56,824 nt of DNA from Rubrivivax sp. (GTDB lineage Bacteria > Pseudomonadota > Gammaproteobacteria > Burkholderiales > Burkholderiaceae_C): NCBI GenBank assembly GCA_031418855.1, contig JANOJR010000260.1:1-56824 (forward strand). The letters are read 5' to 3'. The notes beneath the pieces were generated by a model. It was given only the letters and a program-made list of their open reading frames with translations. It did no database searches and was not told the origin of the DNA. A program made the translations under genes and the position numbers. Numbering within the stretch: position 1 is the stretch's first letter; each line of letters begins with the position of its first letter. Positions 55,144 through 56,824 of the stretch are shown piece by piece.

Positions 55144-56301
55144 TTGGCACTCGACGCGGAAAGCCTGAAGGCGTTCACCGGCAGTGTGGCGCGCTTCGTG
55201 CGCGAACGCCTGATCCCGGTCGAAGCGCAGGTGGCGGCACAAGACCGCATTCCGCATGACGTGATTGAGGACATGCGCAAGCTCGGGCTCTTCGGCATGA
55301 CCTTGCCGGTGCAATACGGCGGCCTGGAGCTCAATGCCTGCGAGGAAGTGCAGGTGGTGTTCGAGCTTTGCTACGCGGCGCCAGCGTTCCGCGGCTTTGT
55401 GGGCGCGAACAACAGCCTGGGAGGGCGCGCCATCCTGTGGGGTGGCACCGAGGGCCAGCGCAACCATTACCTGCCGCGCATCGCATCCGGTGAGCTGCTG
55501 ACGGCCTTCGCACTGACCGAGCCTTCGAGCGGCTCCGACGCGACGGCGCTCAATACGCGCGCTCATCGACGCGCCGACGGCTGCTGGGTCATCAACGGCG
55601 CCAAGCGATTCATCACCGGCGCGCCCGTTGCGGATGTGATCAATGTCGTCGCGCGCACCGAGCCCGGCTCCACGGGCGGACGTGGCGTTTCGGTGTTCCT
55701 GGTGGAGCGCGGCACGCCCGGCCTGGTGCAGGGGCCACCCGACCGCAAGATGGGCCAGCAGGGCGCGCACACGGGCGACCTGCACTTCGAAGACTGCGTG
55801 GTTCCCGCCGATGCGCTGCTGGGCGAAGAGGGCAAGGGCTTCAAGCTCACCATGCGCACCATCGACCGCGGGCGCTTGCACATCGGCGCTGCGTCGGTAG
55901 GCCTCGCGCGTCGGCTGATCGATGAAGCGCTGCGCTACGCGATGCAGCGCCGCCAGTTCGGCCAGGCGATCGCGCAGTTCCAGCTCGTGCAAGCCATGCT
56001 CGCCGACAGCCAGGCCGAGTACCTTGCGGCCAAGGCGCTGGTGCAGCAGACCGCCGCCAGGTGCGACCGCGGCGAAGACTTCTCGATGGATGCGGCGAGC
56101 TGCAAGATGTTTGCGTCTGAGATGGTCGGCCGTGTGGCCGACCGTGCGCTGCAGATCTTCGGCGGTGCGGGCTATCTGCAGGACTCACCGGTGGAGCGGC
56201 TGTATCGCGATGCGCGCGTCTTTCGCATTTACGAAGGCACGACACAGATCCAGCAGATCACGATCGCCAGGCACATGATCCGCGCCGCCGCCGCGCACTG
56301 A
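55144..56301 (+). CDS. Acyl-CoA dehydrogenase (tandem copy 2)
   Basis: FALTEPSSGSD, RRQFGQAI, QIFGGAG, RIYEGT. TTG start. Confidence 0.92.
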   Translation: MALDAESLKAFTGSVARFVRERLIPVEAQVAAQDRIPHDVIEDMRKLGLFGMTLPVQYGGLELNACEEVQVVFELCYAAPAFRGFVGANNSLGGRAILWGGTEGQRNHYLPRIASGELLTAFALTEPSSGSDATALNTRAHRRADGCWVINGAKRFITGAPVADVINVVARTEPGSTGGRGVSVFLVERGTPGLVQGPPDRKMGQQGAHTGDLHFEDCVVPADALLGEEGKGFKLTMRTIDRGRLHIGAASVGLARRLIDEALRYAMQRRQFGQAIAQFQLVQAMLADSQAEYLAAKALVQQTAARCDRGEDFSMDAASCKMFASEMVGRVADRALQIFGGAGYLQDSPVERLYRDARVFRIYEGTTQIQQITIARHMIRAAAAH

Positions 56302-56333
56302 CGCGAACCCATCCACCCTTCAAGGAATCCACC

Positions 56334-56824
56334 ATGAGCGAGCAGCTCCAGACCCGCGTCGAAGACCGTGTCGGCCAGATCATCTTCAACCGCCCGGAGA
56401 CACGCAATGGCCTCGTGCCGCAATACATCGGCGAGGTCATGGAGGTCATCAAGGCCTTCGAGGCCGACCCTGGCGTGCGCGTCATCACGTTGACTGGCAA
56501 CGGCCAGGACTTCTCGTCGGGCGGTGACAAGGCGTTCCTGCGCGAAGTGCAGAAGATGACGCCGGACGAGGTTCAAAAGAACGTCTACGGCTTCTTCCAG
56601 GGCGTGGTGCGCATGCTCAAGCTGTGTGCCAAGCCGACCGTTGCCATCGTCAATGGCGCGGCCGTCGGCACGGGCTGCGACATCGCGCTGGCGACGGACT
56701 TCCGCGTGGTGTCGAAGAAGTCGTTCTTCCACGAGAACTGGACGGCGATCGGCTGCATTCCGCCGCTGGGCGCGATGTACCTGCTGCCGCGCCTGATCGG
56801 CATGGAGCGTGCCGCCAACATGGT
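56334..56824 (+). CDS. Enoyl-CoA hydratase/isomerase, 3' end outside the window
   Basis: MSEQLQTRVEDRVGQIIFNRPE...FSSGGD...KPTVAIVNGAAVGTGCDIALATD. AAGGA RBS. Not in the ORF track because it has no stop in the window. Confidence 0.9.
   Translation, partial: MSEQLQTRVEDRVGQIIFNRPETRNGLVPQYIGEVMEVIKAFEADPGVRVITLTGNGQDFSSGGDKAFLREVQKMTPDEVQKNVYGFFQGVVRMLKLCAKPTVAIVNGAAVGTGCDIALATDFRVVSKKSFFHENWTAIGCIPPLGAMYLLPRLIGMERAANM

Overview
GC-rich betaproteobacterial (Burkholderiales-like) chromosomal window with no rRNA, tRNA or CRISPR. 1-14 kb: a partial hypothetical gene, a ~370-nt ORF-less, internally shrunken group II intron-like element (752-~1125), an aldo/keto reductase, and a YciI-VOC-ECF sigma-beta-propeller-ubiquitin-like (MoaD/ThiS) operon. 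A ~5-kb GlxA/ScyD-E lipoprotein/BBE oxidase/DUF2306 cassette separates this operon from a second YciI gene, and a LytS/LytTR pair with its repeat operator faces a DUF1761 gene. 14-56.8 kb: a large CoA-dependent catabolic region (6 acyl-CoA dehydrogenases, 4 family III CoA-transferase genes, several crotonases, SDRs, MaoC, FadH, 2 CoA ligases, 3 Bug/TctC receptors, a Liv-type ABC transporter, an orphan ilvB-like gene). It has two regulators whose candidate operators can be read in the sequence, two deletion-scar pseudogenes, a 159-bp MITE and a 63-bp gene-junction element. Family calls come from motif recognition by eye, not database searches. Many starts were trimmed relative to the ORF track.
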